A stretch of 64,000 nt of DNA from Acipenser ruthenus (Eukaryota): assembly GCF_902713425.1 (NCBI RefSeq), contig NC_081214.1:10816641-10880640 (forward strand). Direction: 5' to 3'. Under the pieces are notes generated by a model that saw only the letters and a program-made list of their open reading frames with translations, was not told where the DNA came from and searched no databases. This document shows positions 1 through 12,781 of this stretch, piece after piece. Each line of letters begins with the position of its first letter. Position 1 is the stretch's first letter. A program made the position numbers and the translations under genes.

Positions 1-2814
1 AGGCGGTGAAATAGCTTGTATGAAATGCGCAGTTAAACATTTAGGCAAGTTTTGGGTAAGTGGATCTCAAGGTACACCCTGAAGAAGTGGCGAGGAATGT
101 CTGTCAAGTTGAGCACAATTGATGGTGCTGATGTGTGTTCTGACTCATCTGTTTGTTATTATATCATAGATGTAATCTCTGATTGAAAATGAAATTAAAT
201 ATATAAACATTACATACAGAATAGTACAAAATAAGAGATGGAAATGCAATGTTTAATCACAATGTGATGGGCTCCAGATACACTGTGTACGACTGCATTC
301 ACTATATTCCCTGCCCAGGGGAATTCATTCCCAGCAGGGAAATAGGAGACGCAGCAGCCCTTCTTATCCTCACTGGGTAGTATTAACATTATTTAAGTTA
401 TTGAGAATGTCAGATTCCTGGGATAGGGGTGTCTGTCCATTCATCCACATCATGGCACACTTACATTTTTGTATATATCTGTAGTATCACTGATCACATT
501 GTGTTTAAACATGTCATTGCTAATTGTTTTTCTATAGTATTCTGTACATACTATTGATATGTCATGATCTAAATTTCTATTTAAATAAAAATGGCTGGCG
601 GCGCTTAGAAAAAGCAGGGTCCTGATTTCCTTTCACTGTCGTACTAAATACCATTTAACAGCACAGACTTGAACAGAAATCACAATGAAGGTCACAGAGG
701 ACTGGACTCATACCTTTAAGCTTTAGTGTGCTGTTTCGTTATTGCTGTAAGCTTCCTAATGAGAGAGAAAACACAGTAAAAACCTTACGAGGTAAGTCAG
801 ACCTGTCAATGGGGCTACATTTAAGCAGTAGAATCTGAGGAAGAGGGCTTTACTGTGTGGTAAGGCTCACCTCGTGCTGTTAAAAGCCCAGAGCTGAAGG
901 CGACAGCGACTAACAGAACGAGAAGGGACTTACCAGACAATAATGCCATCTTATGTGGGTTCTATTGCTATTAGAAAATAGTTTATGCAGCACTAGTTTT
1001 TGTTGCTAATAAATAAACGTTTTTTCTCAATATTCCATGAATAATGTGGTTTGCTCAGAATTGCAGGGTCTGGTAGCCTTCATGCTTCATCATCCCATGA
1101 AACCTCCTGAATAAACTTACATACCCTACTGAATTACATACCGCTTTGTAGTTTTCCATATACTTCATGAAAAACTGTATAAAATTGAAAACTGGCATTT
1201 CAAAATCTGAAATGAAATACTGTACTACTACTATGGCTTCTGATAGACTTTAACATCATGTAATCAAGAAACTATAAAATGATATCGTAAAATAAAAGAT
1301 CAACATTATTTTCATTATTTTTAATTATGTCTCAATACTAAAATGGTGATGCAAAACTTTTGGCCCGAGCTGTAGACCGCTTGAACGTGTAGGACAGCGA
1401 GGAAGCAGACTGTCTGCATTGACAGCATTTAGAGAGCGTGTGCGGAGATTTTCTTTCATCAAGCAGAAAAAAGGTAAAACAATTGAATACTGTATTTCCC
1501 GGTGGATTTATTTGAAACTGTTTAATCACCTTCAAGGTCCTTTACCAGAAAGTAAAGCCCTTGTATTGACCATTCAGCTTAAAGGAAATCCATTTTCGAA
1601 TAAGCATTTGACACGTGTGGTTTAAATGAGTGTGTTGCCAGTGAGCTCATAAAGCTGTCTTTCTTTGGACTTGTTTTCAGGGTTAAACCATAGTTAAGCC
1701 AGTTTATGTGGAACATGCATTTGCATTTGATTGTGCTTGTTTACAATGTGATTAAAATGTAATGTTTTTAAACCTGCGGTCAATACACTTTTAATGGCTA
1801 ATAAATGTAAACCAGAAATGTTCATGATTCTGTGGCAAACTCAGAAAAATCAGTTTCTAGAAACATATGTAGTTGTAGTTAACTGGCAAACAGTAAAGCA
1901 GAATTTATTTATAATTTTTGTTTGGCACAAGTTTATGCTTTTTTTCATTCTTCACACCTCTAGTTAAACAGACTTTAAAAAAACTAATTCAAATAGTACA
2001 AGCTGGTTTGATATAGTTTGACAGGGCAGTGTACAAAATGAACTCCTTACAATGTTTTATAAAGTAGCTAAAACCATACATTCAGAATCTAGCAGCAACA
2101 CTGTTTCTCAATTACTTTTCTGAATGCATTCTAAATGTTTTTTTCATAAGACTGGTAATGTGCTGGTGAACACATTGCAGAGGTGAGAGAAACACTTGGT
2201 AGAGGAGCATGTAGATCAGGGCTGTGCAGATACTCTCATTGGTATTTGTTTTAAGTTGTTAGATATTAATTCAATGGAATACAATGTGTAATTTACTCAA
2301 CACGGAACACAGCCTTTCAGGGGTTACGCAGCAGCTGAGTACCAATCAGTAACATTATGACAGTGTGATTTATAGAACCTGCTGTGATCAAATTAAAACC
2401 ACTCATAGGTTATATGCAAGTATTTATCTTGCATTTCTTTGATCCCTTTGATATGCTTGTTTCCTTAGAAATCGGTGTGGGATTATATCCTTGCCAGATG
2501 TAAGCTTTGAGTTTCCCAGGTTGCAAACTGAGGTGAAGGAAAGGTCACATGTATGTGACACGCCAGTTACATTTGCTGGTTTTGCAAAATATTTTTATTT
2601 TCATATAGGTTTGTTTGGTTTCATTTAACACCTGCTGCTTAGATTTAAAAATTTAAAATGGGATTACTCTGAAACAGTATCGGCACGCTCCTAATAGAAA
2701 TTATATTTGCCACTTTTGTGGAGGAAAGTGCTATCTGGAAGGTGTAGGTTTGTTCACACCAGGTTTGTTTGTTGGTTTCAAATGGTCAAACCCAACTGGT
2801 ACCATTATTAACAT

Positions 2815-2945
2815 AAGAGCATAATTTACAAACGAGAGGAGGGTATTTGGCCCTTCAATGCTAGTTCCTAGCAGCTGATTGATCTCAATACCTAAGCATC
2901 AACAACATGGCTTGGTAACCATTCCACTCCATACCATAAGTAACC
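2815..2945 (-). mobile_element. CR1-like 3'-end fragment in reverse orientation
   Basis: The reverse complement reads ...ggaatggttaccaagccatgttgttgatg...gatcaatcagctgctaggaactag...gggccaaataccctcctctcgtttgtaaat. Confidence 0.65.
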
Positions 2946-3962
2946 TATTCTCTGTTTTTTTTTTTTCTCTCTGCTCAACAAGATATGGTTTCGAATGGTG
3001 GCTAGAGAGGAGGCACTTCTTCACAGAGAAAAAAATATAATGAACTGCTTAACCCCCAAGCAAATTCAGAATGTTAACTTCTAGATATTACCAGCAAGCA
3101 TGATTCTACGAATCCAAACAGACTATAACAAGTCCAGTGTGAACAAGGCCTAAGTTTTGTTTTAAATCCGTGCATATCTGCCCCATTATATTTTCTATAT
3201 CCTAGATTCCTCCAAAATCCATGTCTGTTTGACAAGTCTGAGTTCTGTTTGTGGTTAGAAGTTCAGTCAGTGGCTCCTATTATTTTTGTCTTCTGTAGTG
3301 CAGGCTTCCAGCCTTGTGTGAAAGTGCGGGCCTAAAGCCTCAGTCTATCTTCTCTGTGCTGTCCCCCGATATAGGCCAGGAGGGAGCAAACATCAGAAAA
3401 CAAAACAAGGCATTTTCAGCTAATAATTATTTTCCTAACCTCCATTCCCCAAAAGGAGAATGAATAGTTAATCAATTTGGTTCCTGTCACAGGGGGGAGC
3501 AAGAAATAGAAAATTTTTCTTTTAGATTTTAACAAAAGTAAAAAATATAAAGCTCTTTTTTCACCGGCCAGCTGTCACAACAGAACGTTTATAGTTCAGG
3601 CCGATTAGCAGTCAGTCCCCACCCTCCTTTAACACAATCCAGAAAGGGACCAGACAGTCAAGGCTGCTAAAAAAGAGTCAAGTAGGCCTTGTTGCCAGCC
3701 ATGGAAACTATGTGAGGCCAGAGAGAGAAAAAACACTATAGTAATGCTAGCTTTGGAGCAAGGTGGTGGGTTGGCACAGTCCTTGCGAGGGGAGGCAAGA
3801 GAAGGAGTGGGTCTTTTCTCCACTCCACTGTTCAGTTTTTTCTCGATGGCAGCCCTCTGTCCGATCCTGGCACTTCGAGTTCTCCGGACACAAAGCTGCG
3901 GCTGTGTGAGGTGGGGGGTATTTTGGGGAAGAGGGGGACACCGAATACCAATCCCTTCCCTG

Positions 3963-4028
3963 TCACTGCCCCCCTCCCTCGTTGGTCCTCAAGGCTCCAA
4001 TCACACTCTGGATGTTCTCTTCTGGAAC
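3963..4028 (-). CDS. CASTOR1-like: CASTOR-like terminal coding exon: VPEENIQSVIGALRTNEGGGQ*, stop TGA at 3963-3965; the 3'UTR continues to lower coordinates
   Basis: Matches the human C-terminus VPEDGIGSVIEVLQRRQEGLAS*. Acceptor cttttgttag|GTTCCAGAAGAG. It starts in phase 0, consistent with the preceding exon. Confidence 0.7.
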   Translation of the reverse strand, partial: VPEENIQSVIGALRTNEGGGQ

Positions 4029-4164
4029 CTAACAAAAGAAAAATAAGAACATATTGAGAGGCTTTGGAGTAACAGTCTGCTAACGGCAACAAACCGCATT
4101 CTGAACACCACTGTGCTGTTCCAATGGTTAATCTCACCTCCCTCTGCAAGCAGGTTCATTTAAG

Positions 4165-4385
4165 AACATAAAAGTTTAGAACGAGAGGTCGTTCGGTCCA
4201 TGTAAGCTCATCTGGTTCCTAGAAGCTGATTGACATCAAAACTTTTGTCCAGTTGGGGTCTTAAAGGATCCAAGTTCTTCTGCCTCAACAACAGGACTAG
4301 GTAACCCATTCCATCCCCTCACCACTCTGTAAAGAAGTGTCTCCTTCCTTCTGTCCTAAATCTACCTCTGGTCCTAGTTTCTTTT
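4165..4385 (-). mobile_element. CR1-like 3'-end fragment in reverse orientation, lying in the CASTOR terminal intron/3' region
   Basis: The reverse complement matches the tail consensus (...gagtggtgaggggatggaatgggttacctagtcctgttgttgaggcagaaga...ggatcctttaagaccccaactggacaaaagttttgatgtcaatcagcttctaggaaccagatgagcttacatggaccgaacgacctctcgttc). Confidence 0.7.
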
Positions 4386-6344
4386 TTTGTTGTTTGTTTG
4401 TTTGTTTTCATAAAAATGTAGTTGTCAGCAATTAATTTCACCCCACTTTTCTCCCAGTTTGACATATCCAATTCTATTTTAAGCTCAGCTCACTGCTACC
4501 ACCCCTGTGCTGTCTCCAAAGCGGCGAAGACGAACACACGCTGTCTTCCGAAGCGTGTACCGTCAGCCGACCGCTTTTTTTCACTCTGTCAGAGGACAAT
4601 GTAGCTCTGGGCAGCCTACAGGGGTCGCTGGTGCATGGTGAGCTGAGGACACCTTGGACACATGTATTGCCCAGTTGATTTATGATCCACGACATGTAAT
4701 TTTAAAAGGGTCAGCAATATAACTCTTGACAGTAACAACACGGTTCACAGCAAAGGTAACGTAATGAGTTTTTTGTAACACCTTTAATTTTTAATATGTT
4801 TTGACAACACTTTATAGAACTGGAAGGTGACTATGAAACCGTACGCTTCACAATTACTTTTACAATCACATGACGTGTGATGAGTCTACCTGTTTAGTCG
4901 AATAGAAAGTGACAGTTGACCTCAGTGATCTGTTCCGTGCTACGCATACTGGTGGATGGATACAAGTTTAACAACTATCTAGATATTCTGAATGTATAGA
5001 TCCAGTTGTTTGTCCCAGTTCAACATCCTGTTCCACTGGTCCTTCTCTTGATCTCATTGGCAAGGTTGGAATTTAACCAGCATGGTCACTCCTCCTCCTC
5101 CTCCTCCTCCTCCTCCTCCCCTGCTGTATGACTCAGCCTGATTCTCCTTACTCTAATAAGAGTGAAGGACTGCCCCTGATTATTAACAGTACCCCTCCTC
5201 ACACAAGGCTGCCCCGCTCTGGACTGATTTCAGGAATCAGGAGCTGGAGAGAGTGTCCTCAGGTCACTGCACACCAGCGACCCCTGTGGTCTGACTGGGC
5301 GCCCGCGGGCTTGCCTGTAAGCTGCCCAGGGCTGCGCTATCCTCCGACGCTGTAGCTTTGGGTGGCTGCATGATGAGTCTGCAGTGTGTAAAAAAGCGGG
5401 CGGCTAACGGCACATGCCTCGGAGGACAGCGTGCGTTCGTCTTAGCCCCTCCCGAGTCAGCGCAGGGATGGTAGTAGTGAGCTGAGCTAAATAAAATAAT
5501 TGAAACCTACTAAATTGGGGAGAAAATAACAATAAAATAATAATTGGCGACTACTAAATAAAAATAAAAAAGAATTGCCAAGCTTCATGACCATTTGATA
5601 AGCGATGTGTTTAAAAATGTGAGTGTGTGACATACAGACAGATAGATGAACGGGTAGACAAACAATCCCTATATTCCCAGAATCTGATGTCATCAATAAC
5701 TCATTCTAAATAATATTAATAAGTACTGCCCTGACTCATGAGTAAATCCTTTACCAGCTTTGTAAAAACGGAACTGTGCGATCACATTTCTCCATGCAGA
5801 ATGTTTATGCTGTTCTATGTTGTGAAAATAAATAAATGGTGTTTGTTTTAAAACATATTTTTGGTTGTACCATTAATTTACTAAGAGTATGGCTCTACCT
5901 CTGCTACGCTCCCCTGCCTCCAGAGCCCGCTCCTTCTCCACCCTTGCTCCGCAGTGGTGGAATGACCTTCCTACAGATGTCAGGACTGCCCAGATCCTGA
6001 CCACATTCCGGTGCCTCCTTAAGACTCACCTCTTCAAACAGCACCTGTAGAACTCCTCTGTTTGTATCCTGGGACACTATCACCCTTCATTTAAATGTGC
6101 TTTATTTTCCTCTTATCTGCCCCCTATTTTACTGCATTTAATCCTGTACTTCAGAATACTGTAATCTGCCAAGTGTTTAACCTGTAGTATTTTGTATTTA
6201 ATCATATCCTGATGTAACTATCACTATTATCTGCTGTATTATTGAATTGTGGTTTGTCACACTTGTACTTTGCTTGAACAAAAGTTATTGTATTCCTTGC
6301 TCTTATTGTATTACTTGTATTGTAACACTTAATGCATTTGCTTA

Positions 6345-6386
6345 CGATTGTAAGTCGCCCTGGATAAGGGCGTCTGCTAATAAATA

Positions 6387-6453
<67 letters not shown>

Positions 6454-6470
6454 GCAAGTTTTGTCACAGT
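6345..6470 (+). mobile_element. SINE tail fragment (TGTAAGTCGCCCTGGATAAGGGCGTCTGCTAA block) followed by an expanded (AAT)n microsatellite of ~70 bp
   Basis: Contains gattgtaagtcgccctggataagggcgtctgctaataaataaataataataat... Confidence 0.7.
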
Positions 6471-8675
6471 TGGAAAAGTGGTTCTCCAGATATATGCCAA
6501 CATGTAAGTGTGACGTGCAGACGGACGGATGTTCTGACAGACAGACAGACAGCCCCCTATGTCCCCAGGATATGGTATGATCAATAATTTAGGTTAAATA
6601 ATGTTAATACCAATTTCATGACAATTGCATTAGCGTTTTTTCAGATAGTAGAGAAATCATACCACCTTCACTATATCCCTTTTGCGGGTGGTTTCATCTT
6701 ACCCTGAATGGAAAGGGCTTCAAAAATGGTATATTCTTTTACCTGTGTGTCATTCATGTAATTGGGTTTCCAATTGTCTTTTTATCTGTTTTTCATCAAG
6801 TCATTGCGTTGTGATGCACTGGCTAATTGCTACTGTGTCTTCATAGTAGTACAAGCCAGCCGCATCTAGTGAACACCTACTGTGTATCGCCAGAAATAAA
6901 AGGAAGCTTTATCCTATGTACACAAGACAGCACTAATCTAGCCTGTGTTACTCATTGAATAAATCTACAGTCTAAAAGAAACAGTGTTTGAGTGACTGCA
7001 ATAAGAACCACTCACAATGATTGCAAACATCATGCATAGATAAGGTTCTATAAAAACAAATATTTTCTTTAATAATACATTTCTTATCGGCTAATATCCA
7101 ATTATGTATGTTCTGCATTATTCTATATTATTGTTTCTGCTTACAGTAGATCATCATTTACCAGACTTAACTAGTGGAACATTTCTTTACAAAATCAGTT
7201 TCAGGAGAGACAGAAATGACCGCTGCACTTCTATTACCATTACTGTATACAGTAAAAAATAAACTGTTTGATCGTTTAAGTTTTGGAAGATGATACAGAC
7301 CACACACTTTGACATTTACAGTTGGTGCACAGCTGGATTTTGTGATTCCATTCAGGTGGTCTCCAAATTTAACTATTTCACTGCAACTTTGTTTTAACCC
7401 CTGGAAACATCAATGACTCTGTTTCACATATCCATTTTACTTCATGTTTATAAACCATTCGATCTGAAATGACATTCCTTTTAAATTAAGCCCTGTGAAA
7501 GCTTTGTTTTGTTCATAGAAGTTCTAGTTTTAAAGTGTAATGTTTCAATACAGCAATGGTTTTGGTGCCGCAGTGAGACAGGTCCCTTGAGGTTTTACAC
7601 AAGCAAGCCAACTAGCTGAAATCAATTGTATTATTGATCACCAATTAGATAAAATGTTAATTTAAAAATAGTTTGGAAACAAAGGTTATTATTTTGAACT
7701 TCATGGAATCAATAAACAAATTGTGTTGTAGAAAGACTTAGTACACCCCCTGTTTACAAATCAAACGCAAAATTGGTTCTGAAAAAAAAACTAAATAATT
7801 CCAGGAAATCCTACCTCATATATATTGCCATTATTTCATACGTTTTAGATTTTAATTTATGGAAAAACGCACACATTATGGTAAAGGTGAGTTTGATTTT
7901 TGAACGGTATTTTATTTGAAGCTGTTAGGAAAGAGAATGTTGAAATACTTAAATGAAACTTAATAAATTAATGACAAAATATTTTTAATGTCAAAACATT
8001 GACTGTCACAATAGGGCGTTTGATTTTATAATCACGCATTGCCACTGTGCGAGAGTTTATTAGTAGATGGAAAACATTGGACGCGAGTGTGAACATGAGA
8101 ATGCTTATTGAAAATTTTCCAAAAAAGAATATTGGGTTTTTTGGTAAATTCTTTAGCCCGGTTTTGAAAGTTAACAGCAGCGCCATTCATTAGGTTGTGT
8201 TAGCATTATTACAAAAAAAAAAAAAAGATGAATTATGTGTTTAATAATTCAGATTATGTGCATATCACATGTTTAATCTGTTGTGTATACTGGGCCAAAG
8301 CCGGCTCAGGTCTGTGCTCAAGTGTAAACGGGTGACTCAGATGATAAGAATCTTCTAATCCGATCGACTCCGAGCTGGTTCTGGTTGTAAGTATAAACGC
8401 ACTAACAGAATGGGGAGGGTATGGAATGGGTACCTAGTCATGCTGAATCACTGCAATCCTTTACAACCCGACTTCAATCAGCTACAAGGAACTGGATAAG
8501 TACTGGTGGGATGAAGGGCCTTTTCTTATATTCTTATGATATAAATATTCAGCTGATCCTGTGTTAAAACCTCTTGTTGTAGGTCTGTGTGGGGAAGGCT
8601 GAAAAAGAAAACGCAATATCTGAGGCAGCTGCAACAGGAAGACTCAAACTGGTGGTATTTGGATGTAACACTCAC

Positions 8676-8770
8676 GAGAGCATGGTCGAACTTGAAGGTG
8701 CTGATGTAGTAGGCAGGAATGTCAGCGGCAGCCAGGGATTCAGATATCTGAGCCACGATCCCACACTCAT
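8676..8770 (-). CDS. CASTOR1-like: CASTOR-like coding exon: (D)ECGIVAQISESLAAADIPAYYISTFKFDHAL
   Basis: Matches human DECGIVAQIAGPLAAADISAYYISTFNFDHAL. Acceptor ctctctcag|AT, donor GCTCTC|gtgagtgtt. The six-frame ORF 8526..8852 reads through the donor into intron sequence. Confidence 0.8.
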
Positions 8771-8900
8771 CTGAGAGAGAGACAGAGAGGCAGACAATCA
8801 CACACGATCCCACACTCATCTGAGAGAGAGACAGAGACACACGATCCCACACTCATCTGAGAGACAGGGATAGGCAGACAATCACACACGATCCCACACG
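8750..8900. repeat. Tandem repeat of a ~35-bp unit (ACACGATCCCACACTCATCTGAGAGAGAGACAGAG), ~4 copies, starting in the intron just upstream of the CASTOR exon at 8676-8770 and overlapping that exon's first ~20 bp
   Basis: Direct tandem repetition. Confidence 0.8.
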
Positions 8901-9109
8901 CACCTGAGAGACAATCACAAAACAGACTTTCAATGAAGAATTAGGAGTATAGCGATACAATAGTCAGGATACAATACATATTAAACAGGCTACAATATGA
9001 TATTACAGTACATGTGATGGTCCTCATGGGGTAGTTTTACTGTGATGCATAATAAGATCAAATTATCATTTCATGACTCATTTGTTAATGAAATGAGTTA
9101 GGGAGAGTA

Positions 9110-9270
9110 TGTATTCAACTATAATGTTGTTGAAGCTGACACCCTGGGATCCTTCAAGAAGCTGCTTGATGAGATTCTGGGATCAATAAGCTACTAACAA
9201 CCAAACGAGCAAGATGGGCTGAATGGCCTCCTCTCGTTTGTAAACTTTCTTATGTTCTTATGTTCTTATA
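9110..9270 (+). mobile_element. 5'-truncated CR1-like LINE 3' end (tail fragment)
   Basis: Contains ...gacaccctgggatccttcaagaagctgcttgatgagattctgggatcaataagctactaacaaccaaacgagcaagatgggctgaatggcctcctctcgtttgtaaactttcttatgttcttatg, identical to the 3' ends of the full copies. Confidence 0.85.
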
Positions 9271-9669
9271 AAATAGTCTTATTCTTCATTGAAGAAGCAT
9301 TTGGTGAACTACAGTAAGCTATGTTGTGCTTCTGGTATTTTTTTGGTCCAGCCTATTCCGATAGAATATATCATGGAAAGAAAGGCTTGTGCATCATCAA
9401 TATAAGAGGAATCTTGGCCCATGATTGGATTGATATATGGCATGAGATTTGAAGATTTTTGGGTTGCTGGTCTCTCGTACTGTTTGGATAATTTAAAACC
9501 TGAATGCAGTGGGCAGGCTCATGAGAAAAAACATACGCTGTTACAAAATGACAGCAAGTGTAGCTCACAAAATAATCCCATAACTCCTCTCTGTTGTGCA
9601 CTTCCATTTTTATATAGGTCTCACGTGTCCACTATTGAAAGAAAGAAACGCTACTGTAATTTTAAAATA

Positions 9670-9880
9670 TGATATCTGGTACTACAAACCTCTGTTTGCA
9701 AGCCATGCTTTCAGTTAATGTTGCACTTGCTTGGTCACTCTTGATGGTGAAATTCTACCCTTCAATGGCTTCTTTCCTATCAATAAACAAATCAGCTGTT
9801 TCCCCACCGAGTGGTTTGCTTTCAGCTAGTAACATGGCCCAGAAGACACTGCTGAGGCGACCCAGGAAGTACAATATATT
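9670..9880. repeat. Unclassified interspersed repeat (~210 bp) with a second copy at 26890-27120
   Basis: The two loci share ...tggtactac...gccatgcttt.ag...gtgaaatt.t...ttcagc.agtaacatg.cccaga.gacactgctgagg.ga... Confidence 0.55.
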
Positions 9881-10044
9881 TTACAATGTTTTAAAATGAA
9901 AATAAATGTTAACATTTGTTTTTTTAAAAACATTTGACACCTACATATGGAGTTGATGTTCACTATTTTGTTAGCACCAATTCCATTAAGTATTGGAGAT
10001 TTGTGGGCGAGTTTATAGACATACACAGCCTCGCTCTCACTCAC

Positions 10045-10127
10045 CGAAGCCCAGTGGCTGCCCTCCGATCCTCACCATCTTCCAGAGCTCTCCGGAGGCG
10101 CTGGTGAAGAGCACATTAAGGGGGAAC
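10045..10127 (-). CDS. CASTOR1-like: CASTOR-like coding exon: (R)FPLNVLFTSASGELWKMVRIGGQPLGF(D)
   Basis: Matches human KFPSDLLLTSSSGELWRMVRIGGQPLGFD. Acceptor ctccctcag|G, donor GGCTTCG|gtgagtgag. Phase 2 in, phase 1 out. Confidence 0.8.
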
Positions 10128-10439
10128 CTGAGGGAGACAGCATGCAGTCACGAGATATGAACACACTGCTGCCAGCTATAGAACCAGGATCTACACAGCT
10201 AACTCTGCTGGATCTGAACACCATCCCTGTTAGATTACATACTTAAACCATTTAGAAAGGTTGGGAAGTCAAAATCTGTTCTGATTCTTTCCTGCTTTTT
10301 CAGTATAGGCATATGGGAGATACCCAGACTGAAAAAGCAGGAAAAAACAACCTTAAAACAGAGACAAGAATTGGAAACAAAATAACATAAAAGATATGTC
10401 ACTGAAACTTACCTTAAGTTTAAACTCAGCAAAGGTCAT

Positions 10440-10600
10440 TAATGTCAGCTTATTAATGTCAGAACTTTGTCAATTTGAGTCTTAAAGGATCCCAGGGATT
10501 CGCATTAACAACGTGACTAGGTAACCCATTCCATACCTTCACCACTCTCTGTGTCAAGAGGTGTCTCCAACCAAACAACATGAATGTCACGTGGGTCAGA
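10440..10600 (-). mobile_element. CR1-like 3'-end fragment (reverse)
   Basis: Same tail family: ...ggatcccagggattcgcattaacaacgtgactaggtaacccattccataccttcaccactctctgtgtcaagaggtgtctcc. Confidence 0.65.
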
Positions 10601-10931
10601 GAATAACCCATCTTTCCATTCTACCTTAAAGTCTGGAAACTCCCTGTGACAGAGCAGAGGCTCTGCACACGGCTGTGTGAGTTTGGTGAAGGAAGCTGGA
10701 ACCAAGATGGCCACCCTTGCACAGCAACAGGGCATTGTTTAATTGTTTGATTGTTGGATTAATCGAGTGATTGAAGTTTGAATGGAAAAGTGGCATGAGG
10801 CCAGGTGGTGATTGGATGATGGAATCAATTAAGCCCCTGGCCACATAGTAACAAAGGGAACAAAAGGGAACAAAGGAGTATTTGTTTGGTAAGAGTGTGT
10901 CAGAGATGTGTCAGTGAAGGTATGTTGCCCA

Positions 10932-10932
<1 letters not shown>

Positions 10933-11006
<74 letters not shown>
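10933..11006. repeat. (GA)n microsatellite, ~37 repeats. Others in the window: (CCT)n 5093-5127, (ATT)n 12465-12535 with poly-C 12434-12449, (GA)n 26387-26414, (TAA)n 44644-44702, (ATT)n+poly-A 48816-48882, poly-T 24703-24722, complex (CA/TA)n 62480-62640.
   Basis: Simple-sequence runs visible directly. Several six-frame ORFs (e.g. 6342..6584, 12365..12595, 10886..11113) are artefacts of them. Confidence 0.95.
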
Positions 11007-11010
<4 letters not shown>

Positions 11011-11137
11011 CTGGATAGCCGAAGCTTGGGTGTTATATTTTGTTTGTTTTGAAGAGTTTGTAGGGTTTTTGTTTAAACGTTTAGTTTCTTCCAGTTTTGA
11101 CGTATTTTGTTGAACAAAAGTGCACCAAGGCTCTTAA

Positions 11138-11768
11138 CCCTTAGCGGTCCATTTATTCAGCGCGTCTCAGGCGCGTCAGGTCCAATTTATTTTCACACGC
11201 ACAGTTTATTTTAGATGCGCTGTTTAAAAGTATTTTCTTTCACAGTAAAACAGGTTTAAAAGGCACTGCATATCAACAGGACACTCAGTACTGCATCTCC
11301 AGCCCCGCCCCACCCCTCGTTCGCAGTTTTTTTCGCATACCTCTTGATAGTAGTGCATACTGATAAATCATCACCTGATCACTTGTTTTATCGCCAAACT
11401 CCTCAATAATGCGATCCAAGTCATTATTTTATTACTAGAACATCTAAAAAAAGCTCTGCACATGTCTGTGATGTTCTTTGAGCGCTGGATGCAAAAGCAG
11501 CTATCTTGTTTGTTTATGTCTGTGTTATCTATGTGATGCCGGGGCTATCTGTATTCATGAGATACGTCCCTTTGCTTTTTTTTTCGGCTTCTCTGGGCTC
11601 CTATCGATCTCACTCAGCCATTGAATGATCTTCTCGGCTTTTTCCGGAGAAAAAACGACTAGAGACCTGTTTTTTGCGTCTTTTTGATGATGTTGGACAG
11701 GGTCCAACATTGGACTGGAAAGGGAAAATTGCAGTGTTGGACCAGGTCCGACTTAGAACCGCAAAGGG
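11138..11768. mobile_element. piggyBac-type MITE (631 bp). The TIR is CCCTTAGCGGTCC...GAACCGCAAAGGG. The TTAA target-site duplication is at 11134-11137 and 11769-11772.
   Basis: The termini are 5'-CCC...GGG-3' with ~13-bp inverted repeats, flanked on both sides by TTAA. Subterminal GTCGGACCCAGTCCGAC palindromic repeats are present. A second copy lies at 15592-16252. Confidence 0.75.
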
Positions 11769-12015
11769 TTAAACTGTAGTTCTGTGTTTGGGGTTAGGGT
11801 TAGGGCAAGCCTTTACTGCCCACCACTACGCCACACTCCCCTAGTTCAGAGAGTCACCTACCTAGGAGGCTCTATCAGTCTGGAGTTTACCTTGGAATAG
11901 TATCATGAATACAAAACATAAATAACTCCACTTTGGGAATAGAGTCTACCAGTAGATAGGGAGTTATTTTTTATAACAGGCTGCCCGGTGTCATGTTTCC
12001 CTCCTAATCACCTAC

Positions 12016-12126
12016 CTCTTCTGTGTCTCCTCATCCATCACCAAGGAGATGTAGCCTTCGATCAGAGAGAAGGAGAAGAACCTGATGTACTCCAAATCAT
12101 CACTGGGTGCTGCAGACTCCTTCACC
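12016..12126 (-). CDS. CASTOR1-like: CASTOR-like coding exon: (G)VKESAAPSDDLEYIRFFSFSLIEGYISLVMDEETQK
   Basis: Matches human ITFFAFSLIEGYISIVMDAETQKK. Acceptor gtgtttcag|G, donor CAGAAGAG|gtaggtgatt. Confidence 0.8.
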
Positions 12127-12164
12127 CTGAAACACAGACATACACTCTCTCACACACACACACA

Positions 12165-12350
12165 CAGAACGAGGGGAGGCCACTTGGTCCATCTATGCTT
12201 GGTTCCTAGTAGTTGATTGATCTCAAACCTTTGTCAAGATGGGGTCTTAAAGGATCCCAATGATTCAGCATCAACAACATGATTAGGTCACCCATCCCAT
12301 ACCCTGTGTGAATTAGTGTCTCCAACCCTTTGTACGAAGTCCACTTAATT
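12165..12350 (-). mobile_element. CR1-like 3'-end fragment (reverse)
   Basis: Same tail family: ggaggccacttggtccatctatgcttggttcctagtagttgattgatctcaaacctttgtcaagatggggtcttaaaggatcccaatgattcagcatcaacaacatgattaggtcacccatcccataccctgtgtgaattagtgtctcc. Confidence 0.7.
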
Positions 12351-12466
12351 GCCAGCAGCATCCTGTGGTTCTGGTTTCTATGCTTAAAATATTAGTTCAG
12401 GTTTGTCAACTTTTAGATTTGAAAAGCTTCAATGCCCCCCCCCCCCCCATAGTTCTTTGTTCTATG

Positions 12467-12534
<68 letters not shown>

Positions 12535-12781
12535 GCTTGCTACCAGGAGCAAGTCACTTAACCTCCTTGTGCTCCGTCCTTCGGATGAGACGTAAAAAAA
12601 ATGCTTCCCACGGACGCTTGAGCCTTTTTAGTGAACCAACAGAGGTAAATAAATAAACAACTTAAAGTTGTAGTGATATAGCAACAATGGCATTGCTGTG
12701 GTGCTTTCCTTTTTAATAATTTACTTGGGAATTCAATTATTACCCCGTATCATGCCACAACAATGCTACTATCCCTTAAAT

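Noticed and set aside
3744-4149. Overlapping ORFs on both strands in a GC-rich patch
   Set aside because: Only 3963-4028 (minus) is coding, in a frame different from the listed 105-aa ORF. It is the CASTOR terminal exon, and the rest is 3'UTR or intron.
8526-8852. 108-aa minus ORF
   Set aside because: Only its central part (8676-8770) is the real CASTOR exon. The rest is intron read-through on both sides, and the downstream part is a tandem repeat.
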